Below are positions 14,054 through 22,422 of a DNA stretch of 64,000 bases, piece by piece (the first letter of the stretch is position 1; every line of letters starts with the position of its first letter). The translations under genes and the position numbers were made by a program. The stretch covers positions 1,312,001-1,376,000 of the forward strand of contig OZ252299.1 in the NCBI GenBank assembly GCA_965250285.1, read 5' to 3'. This DNA is from Myxococcota bacterium (GTDB lineage Bacteria > Myxococcota_A > UBA9160 > UBA4427). The notes below the pieces were generated by a model. That model did not search any database, was not told where the DNA came from, and was given only the letters and a program-made list of their open reading frames with translations.

Positions 14054-14484
14054 GGCCGGGCTCCTTCGGGCTCGAGGCCGAGCATCGAGCAGAATCGGGT
14101 GAAGCCGTCGAAGATCGCGAGCGCTTCGACGAACGCGATCATCCCCGCATCGCCGAGCGCCTCGACGACCGGCTTTGCGATGGCATCGTCGATGCCGTTC
14201 GGATCGATTGCGAACTGCTCTGCAAAGGCGAGACAGGCGCGTTCGAGGTCGCTGAAGGCGTCGCTCTTCCACCAGGCGTCGAGGGCGTCGATCTGTGCGC
14301 GGTCGAGCACCGGGCCAGTCGAGCCCGGGAGGGCGCGCGTACCGTTCACCTGGGCCAGGCGTCGTCGGCAGAGCGCGTAGATCTCGGGGCGGGCGCCCTC
14401 GGCTTCCCACAGCAGCGCCTCGAAGCGCTGCCACTGCTCGAACAGATTGGGGCGCTTCGAGAAGGCACCGTCGAAGCTCGTCAT
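14050..14484 (-). CDS. AhpD/CMD-like protein lacking CxxC
   Basis: LCRRRLAQ; SDAFSDLERACLAFAEQF; 4-bp overlaps with both neighbours. Confidence 0.7.
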   Translation of the reverse strand: MTSFDGAFSKRPNLFEQWQRFEALLWEAEGARPEIYALCRRRLAQVNGTRALPGSTGPVLDRAQIDALDAWWKSDAFSDLERACLAFAEQFAIDPNGIDDAIAKPVVEALGDAGMIAFVEALAIFDGFTRFCSMLGLEPEGARP

Positions 14485-15689
14485 CCGACCACCACGGGTA
14501 CGCGGTGATAGCCGCGCACGGTGCTCGTGTGCACCCACTCGGTCTCGTCCCAGACGACATCCCACTCGGGGAAGCGCTTGAGGGTCTCCTCGATGGCGAT
14601 GCGGCCCTCCATTCGCGCGAGGGAAGCGCCGAGGCAGAAGTGCGTTCCGAAGCCCAGCGCCACGTGGCGATCGATCTTGCGGTCGACGTCGAACCGGTCC
14701 GCGTCGGGATACTCGCGTTCGTCACGGCCGGCCGAGCCGGTCAGCAGCAGCACCCGACTGCCGGGCTCGAGGGTCTCGCCGTGCACCTCGACCGGCCGAT
14801 TCACCCAGCGCGCCTGCACGGGTGAGGGGGCCTCGTAGCGCAGCAGCTCTTCGACGGCGGCCGGGATCTTCTCGGGCGCCGCGACGAGCTTGGCGCGCTC
14901 GCCCGGGTTGCGCGCGAAGAGCACGCCCACCCAGCCGAGCAGCCGAGCCACCGTCTCGTTGCCGGCGCCCGACAACAGGCCGATGAACGCGAGCAGCTCG
15001 GTATCGGTCAGCCGCCGCCGCGCGCCATCTTCGCCCTCGACCTCACCGTTCATCAGCACGGTCATGATGTCGTCGCGCGGCTGCTTTCGGCGCTCGGCGA
15101 CATACTGCGCGAAGTAGCCCCAGAGGTTCGCGCTCACTTCATCGTGGCGCTTGCCCATGTCTTCTTCGCCCTCGTCGCGGTGCAGCAGCGCATCGGTCCA
15201 GTGCCGGATGTCCTCGCGGTCGGCTTCGGGGACGCCGAGCAGCGTGCTGATCACCATCACGGGCAGCTTGTTGCCGAAATCTTCGAGGTAGTCGAAGCGC
15301 TTCTCGCCGACGACGGCGTCGAGATAGCCGGCGGCGATGCGGCGGATCTCGGGCTCGAGCTTCGCGATCTGTCTGGGCGAGAAAGCGCGGCTCACGAGCT
15401 TGCGCAGGTGCGTGTGCTCGGGCCGATCGAGAAAGATCATCATCGGCGAGGTGTTCGCCTCTTCGGTCATCAGCTCGAGCACGGTTCCGTGGGCCGAGCT
15501 GTACGTCGCATCGTCGAGCGATGCCTGCATGACGTCGTCGAAGCGCGAAAGCGCCCAGAAGTCGTACTTGTCGTTGCGGTAGAGCGGGGCCTCGTCGCGC
15601 ATCCGCCGCCACACGGGGTGGGGGTCCGCGTCGATGCCGTAGTCGTACGGGTCGTAGTAGAGGTCGGGCGTGGCGTGGGCTTCGGACAC
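14481..15689 (-). CDS. Cytochrome P450
   Basis: AGNET I-helix; EELLR ExxR; GFGTHFCLG heme ligand; GTG start after AGGAG. Confidence 0.95.
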   Translation of the reverse strand: MSEAHATPDLYYDPYDYGIDADPHPVWRRMRDEAPLYRNDKYDFWALSRFDDVMQASLDDATYSSAHGTVLELMTEEANTSPMMIFLDRPEHTHLRKLVSRAFSPRQIAKLEPEIRRIAAGYLDAVVGEKRFDYLEDFGNKLPVMVISTLLGVPEADREDIRHWTDALLHRDEGEEDMGKRHDEVSANLWGYFAQYVAERRKQPRDDIMTVLMNGEVEGEDGARRRLTDTELLAFIGLLSGAGNETVARLLGWVGVLFARNPGERAKLVAAPEKIPAAVEELLRYEAPSPVQARWVNRPVEVHGETLEPGSRVLLLTGSAGRDEREYPDADRFDVDRKIDRHVALGFGTHFCLGASLARMEGRIAIEETLKRFPEWDVVWDETEWVHTSTVRGYHRVPVVVG

Positions 15690-15789
15690 GAGGGTCTCCT
15701 GGCGATCCGGACGGAGCCCGGACGGCACACGCCCGCTCACCACCGCAGGTGTGCGGGGTCGACGGGCCGTCGCCAGACTAGCTCAATAA

Positions 15790-15807
15790 ACATTGCATGC
15801 GAAATGT
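15790..15807. promoter_or_regulatory. Palindromic operator-like site ACATT-N8-AATGT upstream of the P450 operon
   Basis: AT-rich inverted repeat in the short intergenic gap. Confidence 0.4.
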
Positions 15808-15831
15808 AAATGCCGACCGGGCGGATCGGAC

Positions 15832-16953
15832 TCAGCCGCGTCGGCGCCGCGCCATCCCGAGCCCCGTCGCGCCGAGCAGGGCCGCCAGTGCGGCCGCCCC
15901 GGCGCCCGGCAGGACGGGCACGACCGGGGCCCCGCCGACCGAGGTCATGGTGAACTGGGCGGGCGTCGTGTCGAGCGTCAGCCGGAGCGGAAACGCGAGG
16001 AGATCGGCCGTGTCGACGCTGGGCGAGATGCCGCGCACAGAGAAGTGCGTCACCCCGCCGCCCGGCCAGGTCGTGAAGTCGACCGAGTCGCCCGGACCGA
16101 ACTGGCCGACCAGGTCCCCTTCGACCCACACGTCGAATGGGGCATCGAAGCCGGTCGGGAAGTCGTCGATCGCCGTGAACCGCGCCCCGCCGCTCGCTTC
16201 GTAGTCGAAGCCGTCGGCGATCGGCGGATCGATCCAGCACGCGACCGTGCAGGGCGTGTCGAAGAACCATCGCTCGGCGCCGCCCGCCAGCGTCGTCGTC
16301 GCGATCGGCAGCACGGGTGCGTCGAGCGTGCCGAGCACGTCGATGCGATCGATCGTCATCGCGAGCGTGCTGCCGTCGGCCCCGAGCACCACGCTGTTCG
16401 TCGTCGAGAAGGCGCCCGGATCCGGGGGCGTGACCGGCTGGGCGTCGCTCGCGAAGATGGCAGGGGGCGACGCCGCCTCTTCGTAGAGCGTCAAGACGAG
16501 CGAGAAGGCCGCGGCCGCGCAGGGGGCCGGCCAGCTCTGCAGGTTGAGGTAGTCGACGGCGTAGCGGTCGGCGAAGTTGGAGGCGACGGGATCGTCGTTG
16601 AAGACCTCGACGCCGCCCGCGTTGCCGACCGCGGCCTCGTTCACGTCCGCCGTGACGAAGCGCCACGCGTCGACCGACGCATAGGCGCCCCGGGTGGGGA
16701 GCGGATTCAGATCGAAGACCACGCCCTCGAACTGGTAGTCGAGTCGAAACGACGCACCGACCTGAGCGCTCGGCAGGCAGCCCGCATCGAACACCGCGCC
16801 GCTGCGCTCGGTGATGGTCCCCTGGACCACCCAGTCCTGGGGCGCTGCGCGAGCGACCCAGGGCGCGAGCACGAAGGCGACGCCAGCGAGCAGAGCGGCC
16901 AGGGTGGCGTGCGGCCGCTCGACCGAGCGGTGCGTGGGGATCCGGGTTCTCAT
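15832..16953 (-). CDS. Secreted two-domain protein with IPTL/PEP-CTERM-like tail
   Basis: Signal peptide ending ARA; tail VPVLPGAGAAALAALLGATGLGMARRRRG. Confidence 0.75.
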   Translation of the reverse strand: MRTRIPTHRSVERPHATLAALLAGVAFVLAPWVARAAPQDWVVQGTITERSGAVFDAGCLPSAQVGASFRLDYQFEGVVFDLNPLPTRGAYASVDAWRFVTADVNEAAVGNAGGVEVFNDDPVASNFADRYAVDYLNLQSWPAPCAAAAFSLVLTLYEEAASPPAIFASDAQPVTPPDPGAFSTTNSVVLGADGSTLAMTIDRIDVLGTLDAPVLPIATTTLAGGAERWFFDTPCTVACWIDPPIADGFDYEASGGARFTAIDDFPTGFDAPFDVWVEGDLVGQFGPGDSVDFTTWPGGGVTHFSVRGISPSVDTADLLAFPLRLTLDTTPAQFTMTSVGGAPVVPVLPGAGAAALAALLGATGLGMARRRRG

Positions 16954-17359
16954 GCGGGGACGTTCCACTCTGGTCTCTCTCACTGACTCTCTCACTGACT
17001 CACTCGCTCTCTTCGCCGCGCTCTGGCCGAGCCGCACTCGATCGCGCCGCGAAGCTAGGCGCATTCGCGCCCGCGGGTGGATCATTCCCGCTGAATTCGT
17101 GCCCCGGGCGGGGACGTTCCTCTCCCGCCCGAAGCTGGGATGCTGCGACGCTCCGACTGGTTCGCGCGTCGCCGCGCTCGGGTGGACGTCTCGTGAGTGC
17201 ACCGAGAAGGTGGTCGGGTGGCGAAAATCGCGCACGGGCAGGCAGATTCCCGGCAAGCGAGACCGGAAAGGCGTGACGCGCCGATGCGGCGTATTCTGAG
17301 AAACTTGCGCCGTCGGCCCGGACGCCGACGGGCTCGACCGTGACCAAAGGAGCCTCCGC

Positions 17360-18484
17360 GTGTCCCAGAACGATGCCCGTGCCGCTGCCGCCATCCGCGA
17401 GCTGACGTCGCTCCTCGACGAGGCGAACACCCGGTGGGTGAGTGAAGAATGGAACCTCACGACACCCGAAGATCATGCAGACGCGCGCCGCGCGCTGATG
17501 CATATCCTGCAAGGTTCCCTGCTGAGTTACTTCGAGACCGACCCCGCACGACCCGACTTCAGACCCATCGTTTCGCCGTACCGCAAGTTCACCGGCGACA
17601 ACTCAGACGCCCTCTACTACGACGCGCCGGTGTCGTCCGAGTACGAGTACGTCGTGCGCGGCCGACTCGACGGTGCCGTGTACACGTCGTTCACCATCGA
17701 GCTGAACGCAGCCGACGGGGCGATCGCCAACGAGACGGGGGGCGTGCTCAATGACGAGCACTTCGATGTCGACGCCGACGGCCGCTTCGAGATCCGCCTC
17801 GGCGGAGAGAAGGCAGAGCGCAACTGGCTCGAGCTGCCGGTCGGCGCCTCGCGCGTGACGACGCGGCACTACTACGAGGACGTCCGGTGCGGGGCCGCTG
17901 ATCCGACGAACAACCCGCTGCTCACGATCGAGGTCGTGGGCGGGCCCCGTGTCGATGCGCCACCGCCGGTCAGCGACGACACCGTGGCCGAGGGCATCGA
18001 GCGCGTCATCAACTTCGTCCGTTCGCGCACCCTCGACATGCCGCCGATGGCCGACAACGATCCGCCGCCCTTCGTGTCGAAGGTGCCGAATCAGTTCCCG
18101 AAGCCGGTCGTGCCGGGTGACTTCGGCCTGGCTGCGTTCGATGCGCACTACAGCATGGCGCCGTACCTGTGCCCGGAAGGCCACGCGGTCGTGCTGACCG
18201 GTGCGTGGCCTGAGTGCAGGATGGCCAACGTGTGTCTGTGGACCCGTCAGATGCAAACGTTCGACTACGTGAACCGCACGGTGTCACTGAACCGAAAGCA
18301 GACGCAGCTCGAGCCGGACGGCAGCTGGCGCATCGTGATTGCGCACGAGGATCCGGGCGTCGGCAACTGGCTCGAGACCGAAGGGCGCCCGATCGGCATC
18401 GTGTTCTTCCGCTACATGCTCGCGACCGGCGACGTCGCGACGCCGCGGGCCGAAGTCGTTCCGCTCGATCAGCTTCGCGGCTGA
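17360..18484 (+). CDS. DUF1214-domain protein
   Basis: GDNSDALYY; DADGRFEI; DGSWRIVIAHEDPGVGNWLET; GTG start after AAGGAG. Confidence 0.75.
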   Translation: MSQNDARAAAAIRELTSLLDEANTRWVSEEWNLTTPEDHADARRALMHILQGSLLSYFETDPARPDFRPIVSPYRKFTGDNSDALYYDAPVSSEYEYVVRGRLDGAVYTSFTIELNAADGAIANETGGVLNDEHFDVDADGRFEIRLGGEKAERNWLELPVGASRVTTRHYYEDVRCGAADPTNNPLLTIEVVGGPRVDAPPPVSDDTVAEGIERVINFVRSRTLDMPPMADNDPPPFVSKVPNQFPKPVVPGDFGLAAFDAHYSMAPYLCPEGHAVVLTGAWPECRMANVCLWTRQMQTFDYVNRTVSLNRKQTQLEPDGSWRIVIAHEDPGVGNWLETEGRPIGIVFFRYMLATGDVATPRAEVVPLDQLRG

Positions 18485-18503
18485 TCGGCGCGAGCACAGT
18501 CGG

Positions 18504-19595
18504 TCAAAACGAGCGCGTCTCGCCGACGTCGAAGATCCACGTCGACGCCGCGTCGTAGCCTTGCTCGGCAGCGGCCGCTCGGAAGCGCTTCGGTGGTTCG
18601 TCGAGGGGTTCGTCGCTCAGGTCGAACGTACCGAAGTGCATCCCGATCGCCCGCTGTGCGTCGAGGTCGCGCGCGGCCCGGGCCGCCTCTTCGGGGTTCA
18701 TGTGCGACTCCTGCATCATCGCTCGAGGCGCGTAGGCGCCGATCGGCACCGCCGCCAGGTCGAACGGGCCAAGGACGTCCGCGATGCGGGCGAAGCCGTC
18801 GAAGTAGCCGGTATCGCCCGCAAAGAAGAAGCGACGTTCGTCGCTGATCACCGCCCACGAAGCCCAGAGGCTCCGTCGCTCGTCGCCCAACCCGCGCAGG
18901 CTCCAATGCTGCGCGGGGAGGCAGTACACGGTGACCCCGTCGATCTCGATCGACTCACCCCAGTCGAGCTCGGTCACGTTCTCGATGTCGCGACCGGCGA
19001 GCAGGTGTCCGTTCTCGAGCGGCACGAGAAACCGCGTCTCGGGATTGCGCTCGGCGAGTGCTTCGAGCGTCGGTAGATCGAGGTGGTCGTAGTGGTTGTG
19101 CGAGACGACCACGAAGTCGATGGGCGGGAGATCGGCGAGGGCGATGCCGGGCGGCACGTGACGCTTCGGCCCGGCGAACGCGACCGGGCTCGGGCGGTCG
19201 CTCCAGATGGGGTCGGTGAGGAACGTGAGGTGCCCCATCTGCACCAGGAGCGTCGCGTGGCCGACCCACGTGATGCTCGGCTCGCTATGGGTCGCATTCT
19301 GGCGAAGCCAGCCCCCATCGTTGGTGACGACGGCCGGCTTGCCCGGTCGCGATCGAAATGCGCCGGCGATGCGTCGGAACATGAAGGGAAAGCGGACGCC
19401 GAACGTGCCGTGGGTGAGGCCGCCGACGGGATTCGTGAAGCGGCCTTCCTCGTCCCGCAGCGAGGGGCCGAGCGACGCGGCGCTCGGCCGAGCCGCGGCC
19501 GAAGCACGCGAGGGCTCGGGCATGTGGCCGGCCCCCGCGGCGCCGAGCCCCGCGATGAGGGCGCACGTCAGGATCGCTCGCAGCACCCGGCTCAT
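18504..19595 (-). CDS. MBL-fold metallohydrolase, NAPE-PLD/RomA-like, probably exported
   Basis: TWVGHAT; LTDPIWS; SHNHYDHLD; FAGDTGY; PIGAY; MHFGTF; N-terminal signal. Confidence 0.9.
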   Translation of the reverse strand: MSRVLRAILTCALIAGLGAAGAGHMPEPSRASAAARPSAASLGPSLRDEEGRFTNPVGGLTHGTFGVRFPFMFRRIAGAFRSRPGKPAVVTNDGGWLRQNATHSEPSITWVGHATLLVQMGHLTFLTDPIWSDRPSPVAFAGPKRHVPPGIALADLPPIDFVVVSHNHYDHLDLPTLEALAERNPETRFLVPLENGHLLAGRDIENVTELDWGESIEIDGVTVYCLPAQHWSLRGLGDERRSLWASWAVISDERRFFFAGDTGYFDGFARIADVLGPFDLAAVPIGAYAPRAMMQESHMNPEEAARAARDLDAQRAIGMHFGTFDLSDEPLDEPPKRFRAAAAEQGYDAASTWIFDVGETRSF

Positions 19596-20479
19596 GCCGT
19601 GGGTTCGTTTTCGAGGCGAGTGAGCCAGTGGTGCGCGTCGAACGTCTCGTCGCCGATGAGATGGCGCCACAGCTTGATTCGGTTGATGAACTCGAGTCGG
19701 CCGGTGTCGAGCTCGAACCACTTTTCGAAGCCGCAAAGGACCTTCTGCACGTCACTCGGGTCGCGGTCGAACATCTCTGCGAAAACGAAGATCGGCTGAG
19801 GCGCGGCCATGTCGTCGGTGAGGTCATCGGTGTTCCAGAGTCGAGTCTGGCGGACGATGGGGTTCATCCGGATCTTCAGCATGAAGCGCGTCTGGTCGCT
19901 GCGATTGATCTCGCCCCCATGCCACACGCCGTGGTGCATGAAGATCAAGGTGCCGGCCGGGCACACGACCTTCTTCTGGCCGGCGACGTTCTGATAGCGG
20001 GCACACGCCATCTCGCTCACGCGGCGGAGATGGGTGCCGGGCACGAAGCGAGTGCCGCCCATCTCGGGGGTGACGGCGTGCGGGTAGTAGAACATCTGGA
20101 CGTCGAAGGCGTGCTCGCGCACGTCGATCGTCGAGTCTTGATGAGTGTGCTGCGAGAGCACGCGCATCCCGGTCTCGACCAGCAGCTTCGACGGCACGCT
20201 GAAGTGCGTACCCTGGTGGTCGTACAGGCAACCCGGACCGACGAGGCTCTCGATCACGCCTTCGACGGCGGGCAGACGCAGGATCTCGCTCACGACCGAG
20301 TCGGGGTAACAGTCGGCCAGCGGCGTGCCGGCGGGGGACGCCTTCGGGACGCCGGCTTCGACCTCGGTGAGAAAACGCTGGTTCAGCTCCTCGGGGACGA
20401 TGGCGTCGAAGCGCAGGAAGCCGCGAGCCACGAACTCGGCCATCTGCAGTGTGTTCAGCAGGTGTGCACGGTCAGCCAT
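19592..20479 (-). CDS. Phytanoyl-CoA dioxygenase (PhyH) family 2OG-Fe(II) oxygenase
   Basis: HQD facial-triad motif; GGTRFVPGTH; WHGG; distal Arg. Confidence 0.85.
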   Translation of the reverse strand: MADRAHLLNTLQMAEFVARGFLRFDAIVPEELNQRFLTEVEAGVPKASPAGTPLADCYPDSVVSEILRLPAVEGVIESLVGPGCLYDHQGTHFSVPSKLLVETGMRVLSQHTHQDSTIDVREHAFDVQMFYYPHAVTPEMGGTRFVPGTHLRRVSEMACARYQNVAGQKKVVCPAGTLIFMHHGVWHGGEINRSDQTRFMLKIRMNPIVRQTRLWNTDDLTDDMAAPQPIFVFAEMFDRDPSDVQKVLCGFEKWFELDTGRLEFINRIKLWRHLIGDETFDAHHWLTRLENEPTA

Positions 20480-20780
20480 CGTGATGCGCCTCCTCCGCCT
20501 GCTTCTTCGAGACCTTCACGCGCTTCTCGAAGGCGAACTCGTACTTGAAGTAGGACGTCGTGAACTCGTCCCCGCTCGGCTCGGGTCGGATCGGCGACAT
20601 CTGGAACAGGCGCCAACCGTCGAGCAGAGCATCGAGCCCCGTCTCATAGGGCGGCTCGTCGCTATCGCCCGACATGTGCAGCGTCTCGCCCGTGCCGTCG
20701 TAGCGCGCCCACGCGATCACGTTCGATTCGAGCGAGCTGTCGGCGAGGTAGAGGATCAGCACCTGCTGTCGTTTCGGCAT
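20472..20780 (-). CDS. Hypothetical protein (~100 aa) overlapping the PhyH gene
   Basis: Normal codon usage; 8-bp overlap with the PhyH start. Confidence 0.7.
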   Translation of the reverse strand: MPKRQQVLILYLADSSLESNVIAWARYDGTGETLHMSGDSDEPPYETGLDALLDGWRLFQMSPIRPEPSGDEFTTSYFKYEFAFEKRVKVSKKQAEEAHHDG

Positions 20781-20882
20781 CACCCGATTCTCGCAGACAC
20801 GCCGGGCCCTCGCTTCGCCACGCGATTCGCTATCAATGGGCGCTCACCGACGCATGCATGCGTCCAGCTCGAGATTCGACCG

Positions 20883-21560
20883 ATGCCCAGCTTTCCCGAC
20901 GCCCCCGTTTCGCCCGCGACCTTCATGGAGGAGGTGGTCCCGCGACTCTTCTCCGAAGTGGAACATCCGCCGGAGCTGGCCGAGGTCGATCTCAGCCTCG
21001 GCGTGCAGCTCGACGGCCAGGATGGCGGAGAGTGGGTGATGCACATCGCGGGCGGCGACCTCGAGATCACGCCTGGCTCGCGCGAGGACGCGTCGTTCAC
21101 CGTGGTGCAGACCGTGGAAGATTGGCGGGGCGCACTCTGGGAGGGCCGCGGGGGGGTCGTGGGTGAGGTCGCTTCCTCACTCTTCCGTCAGGCGGGTGCG
21201 GGCGGGCCCGGCCTGCCCGGGCCAGCCGCAGGCGGCGCGCCCGATCCGGCGTTGATGGCTCAGCTAGAGGCGCTGAACGGCCTGATCCGCGTGGTCGTCA
21301 CGGGAGGCTCGGGGGGCGACTGGTCGACGGCCGTCAAGCTCGGGCCCGGTGACATCCCCGATGAGCCGACGACGACGGTCCAGATCAGCGACGCCGACGC
21401 ACGTGCGATGCAGTCGGGCGAGCTCGACGCGATGCAGGCCTTCATCGGTGGCAAGATCCTGGTCGCGGGCGACATGGGGTTGATGATGCAGATGCAGGCG
21501 ATCGCGATGCAGGCCGCTGCCGCCGCCGCGCAAAAGGCGCGGGAAGAGGGCGACGACTGA
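20883..21560 (+). CDS. SCP2 sterol/lipid-binding domain protein (two SCP2-like halves)
   Basis: GQDGGEWVMHI; GELDAMQAFIGGKILVAGDMGLMM. Confidence 0.8.
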   Translation: MPSFPDAPVSPATFMEEVVPRLFSEVEHPPELAEVDLSLGVQLDGQDGGEWVMHIAGGDLEITPGSREDASFTVVQTVEDWRGALWEGRGGVVGEVASSLFRQAGAGGPGLPGPAAGGAPDPALMAQLEALNGLIRVVVTGGSGGDWSTAVKLGPGDIPDEPTTTVQISDADARAMQSGELDAMQAFIGGKILVAGDMGLMMQMQAIAMQAAAAAAQKAREEGDD

Positions 21561-21618
21561 CCTACGCAGCACGTGCTTGTACGCGCCTTCGCGCGCCGGG
21601 GAATTCACCCGAGCGCCT

Positions 21619-21647
21619 TTGCGCCCCCCAACGACCCCTGCTAAAAC
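21619..21647 (+). promoter_or_regulatory. Putative promoter of tRNA-Asp
   Basis: TTGCGC-N17-TAAAAC with an extended TG. Confidence 0.5.
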
Positions 21648-21664
21648 CTGCCTTCCGATCGCGC

Positions 21665-21741
21665 GGGGCGGTAGTTCAATTGGTTAGAGCACTGGCCTGT
21701 CACGCCAGAAGTTGCGGGTTCGAGTCCCGTCCGCCCCGCCA
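21665..21741 (+). tRNA. tRNA-Asp (anticodon GTC)
   Basis: GGGGCGG/CCGCCCC acceptor stem; CTGGC-CTGTCAC-GCCAG anticodon arm; TTCGAGT; CCA. Confidence 0.97.
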
Positions 21742-21864
21742 TCATCGGCCCAACTGATCAGCCCTCCGGATCGGCCCACCCGAACAGCTTCGAAGCTCGT
21801 CCCAAACGTCGCAGTCGACGGTGCGGACGGGTCCGCCCAAGCGCGGTCCCGCGGGGTTCTGCGC

Positions 21865-22278
21865 TCATTCGCTCGGCGGCGTCAGCGTGGCGAGGAACTC
21901 CTCGCCCGTGAGTCGCGCGTGATCGCCCGCGAAGTGATACGACGGCGGCTTCTCGTCGACGTAGATCTCCATCGTCAGCTCGAACGCGCCCGGATCGTCG
22001 AACGAGCCGAGCCAGACCGTGTAGTGATCCGGCTCCTTCAGCCGATAGAACAGGTTCGTGCCGCAGCGCGTGCAGAACCCGCGTTCGGCCCAGGGCGACG
22101 AGTCGAAGCGACCGAGCGACGCTTCGTCTTCGAACTGGATCGACGCGACGTTCACGCCCATGCCCGGCCCCCCCGACCAGCCGACACACATGCTGCAGTG
22201 GCAGGCGTGGATCTCCTTCGACACGCCCTCGGCTTCGAATCGAATCGCGCCACAGCGGCAGCCGCCTGAAGTCGACAT
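21865..22278 (-). CDS. GFA/CENP-V family protein
   Basis: GGCRCGAIRF; CHCSMC; RGFCTRCGT. Confidence 0.9.
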   Translation of the reverse strand: MSTSGGCRCGAIRFEAEGVSKEIHACHCSMCVGWSGGPGMGVNVASIQFEDEASLGRFDSSPWAERGFCTRCGTNLFYRLKEPDHYTVWLGSFDDPGAFELTMEIYVDEKPPSYHFAGDHARLTGEEFLATLTPPSE

Positions 22279-22422
22279 CGTCGCGCCCTCCTGTGCGTCC
22301 GCTCCAAGCGTCGCGCGTGTCGCGGCGACGAGCGACCCGGGCAGGCGGTCGTGCGGACACGGCGTGTCAGCAGTCGGGCACCCGGCGCCTCGCATGCCCG
22401 TCGCCTCGGGCGGCGACGCGCG

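Noticed and set aside
17219..17234. Sigma54 promoter (TGGC-N8-CGCA) before the DUF1214 gene
   Set aside because: Spacing fits but the match is poor and likely by chance at this GC content
8494..21741. Integrative element or prophage at the tRNAs
   Set aside because: No integrase, transposase, phage genes or att duplication seen
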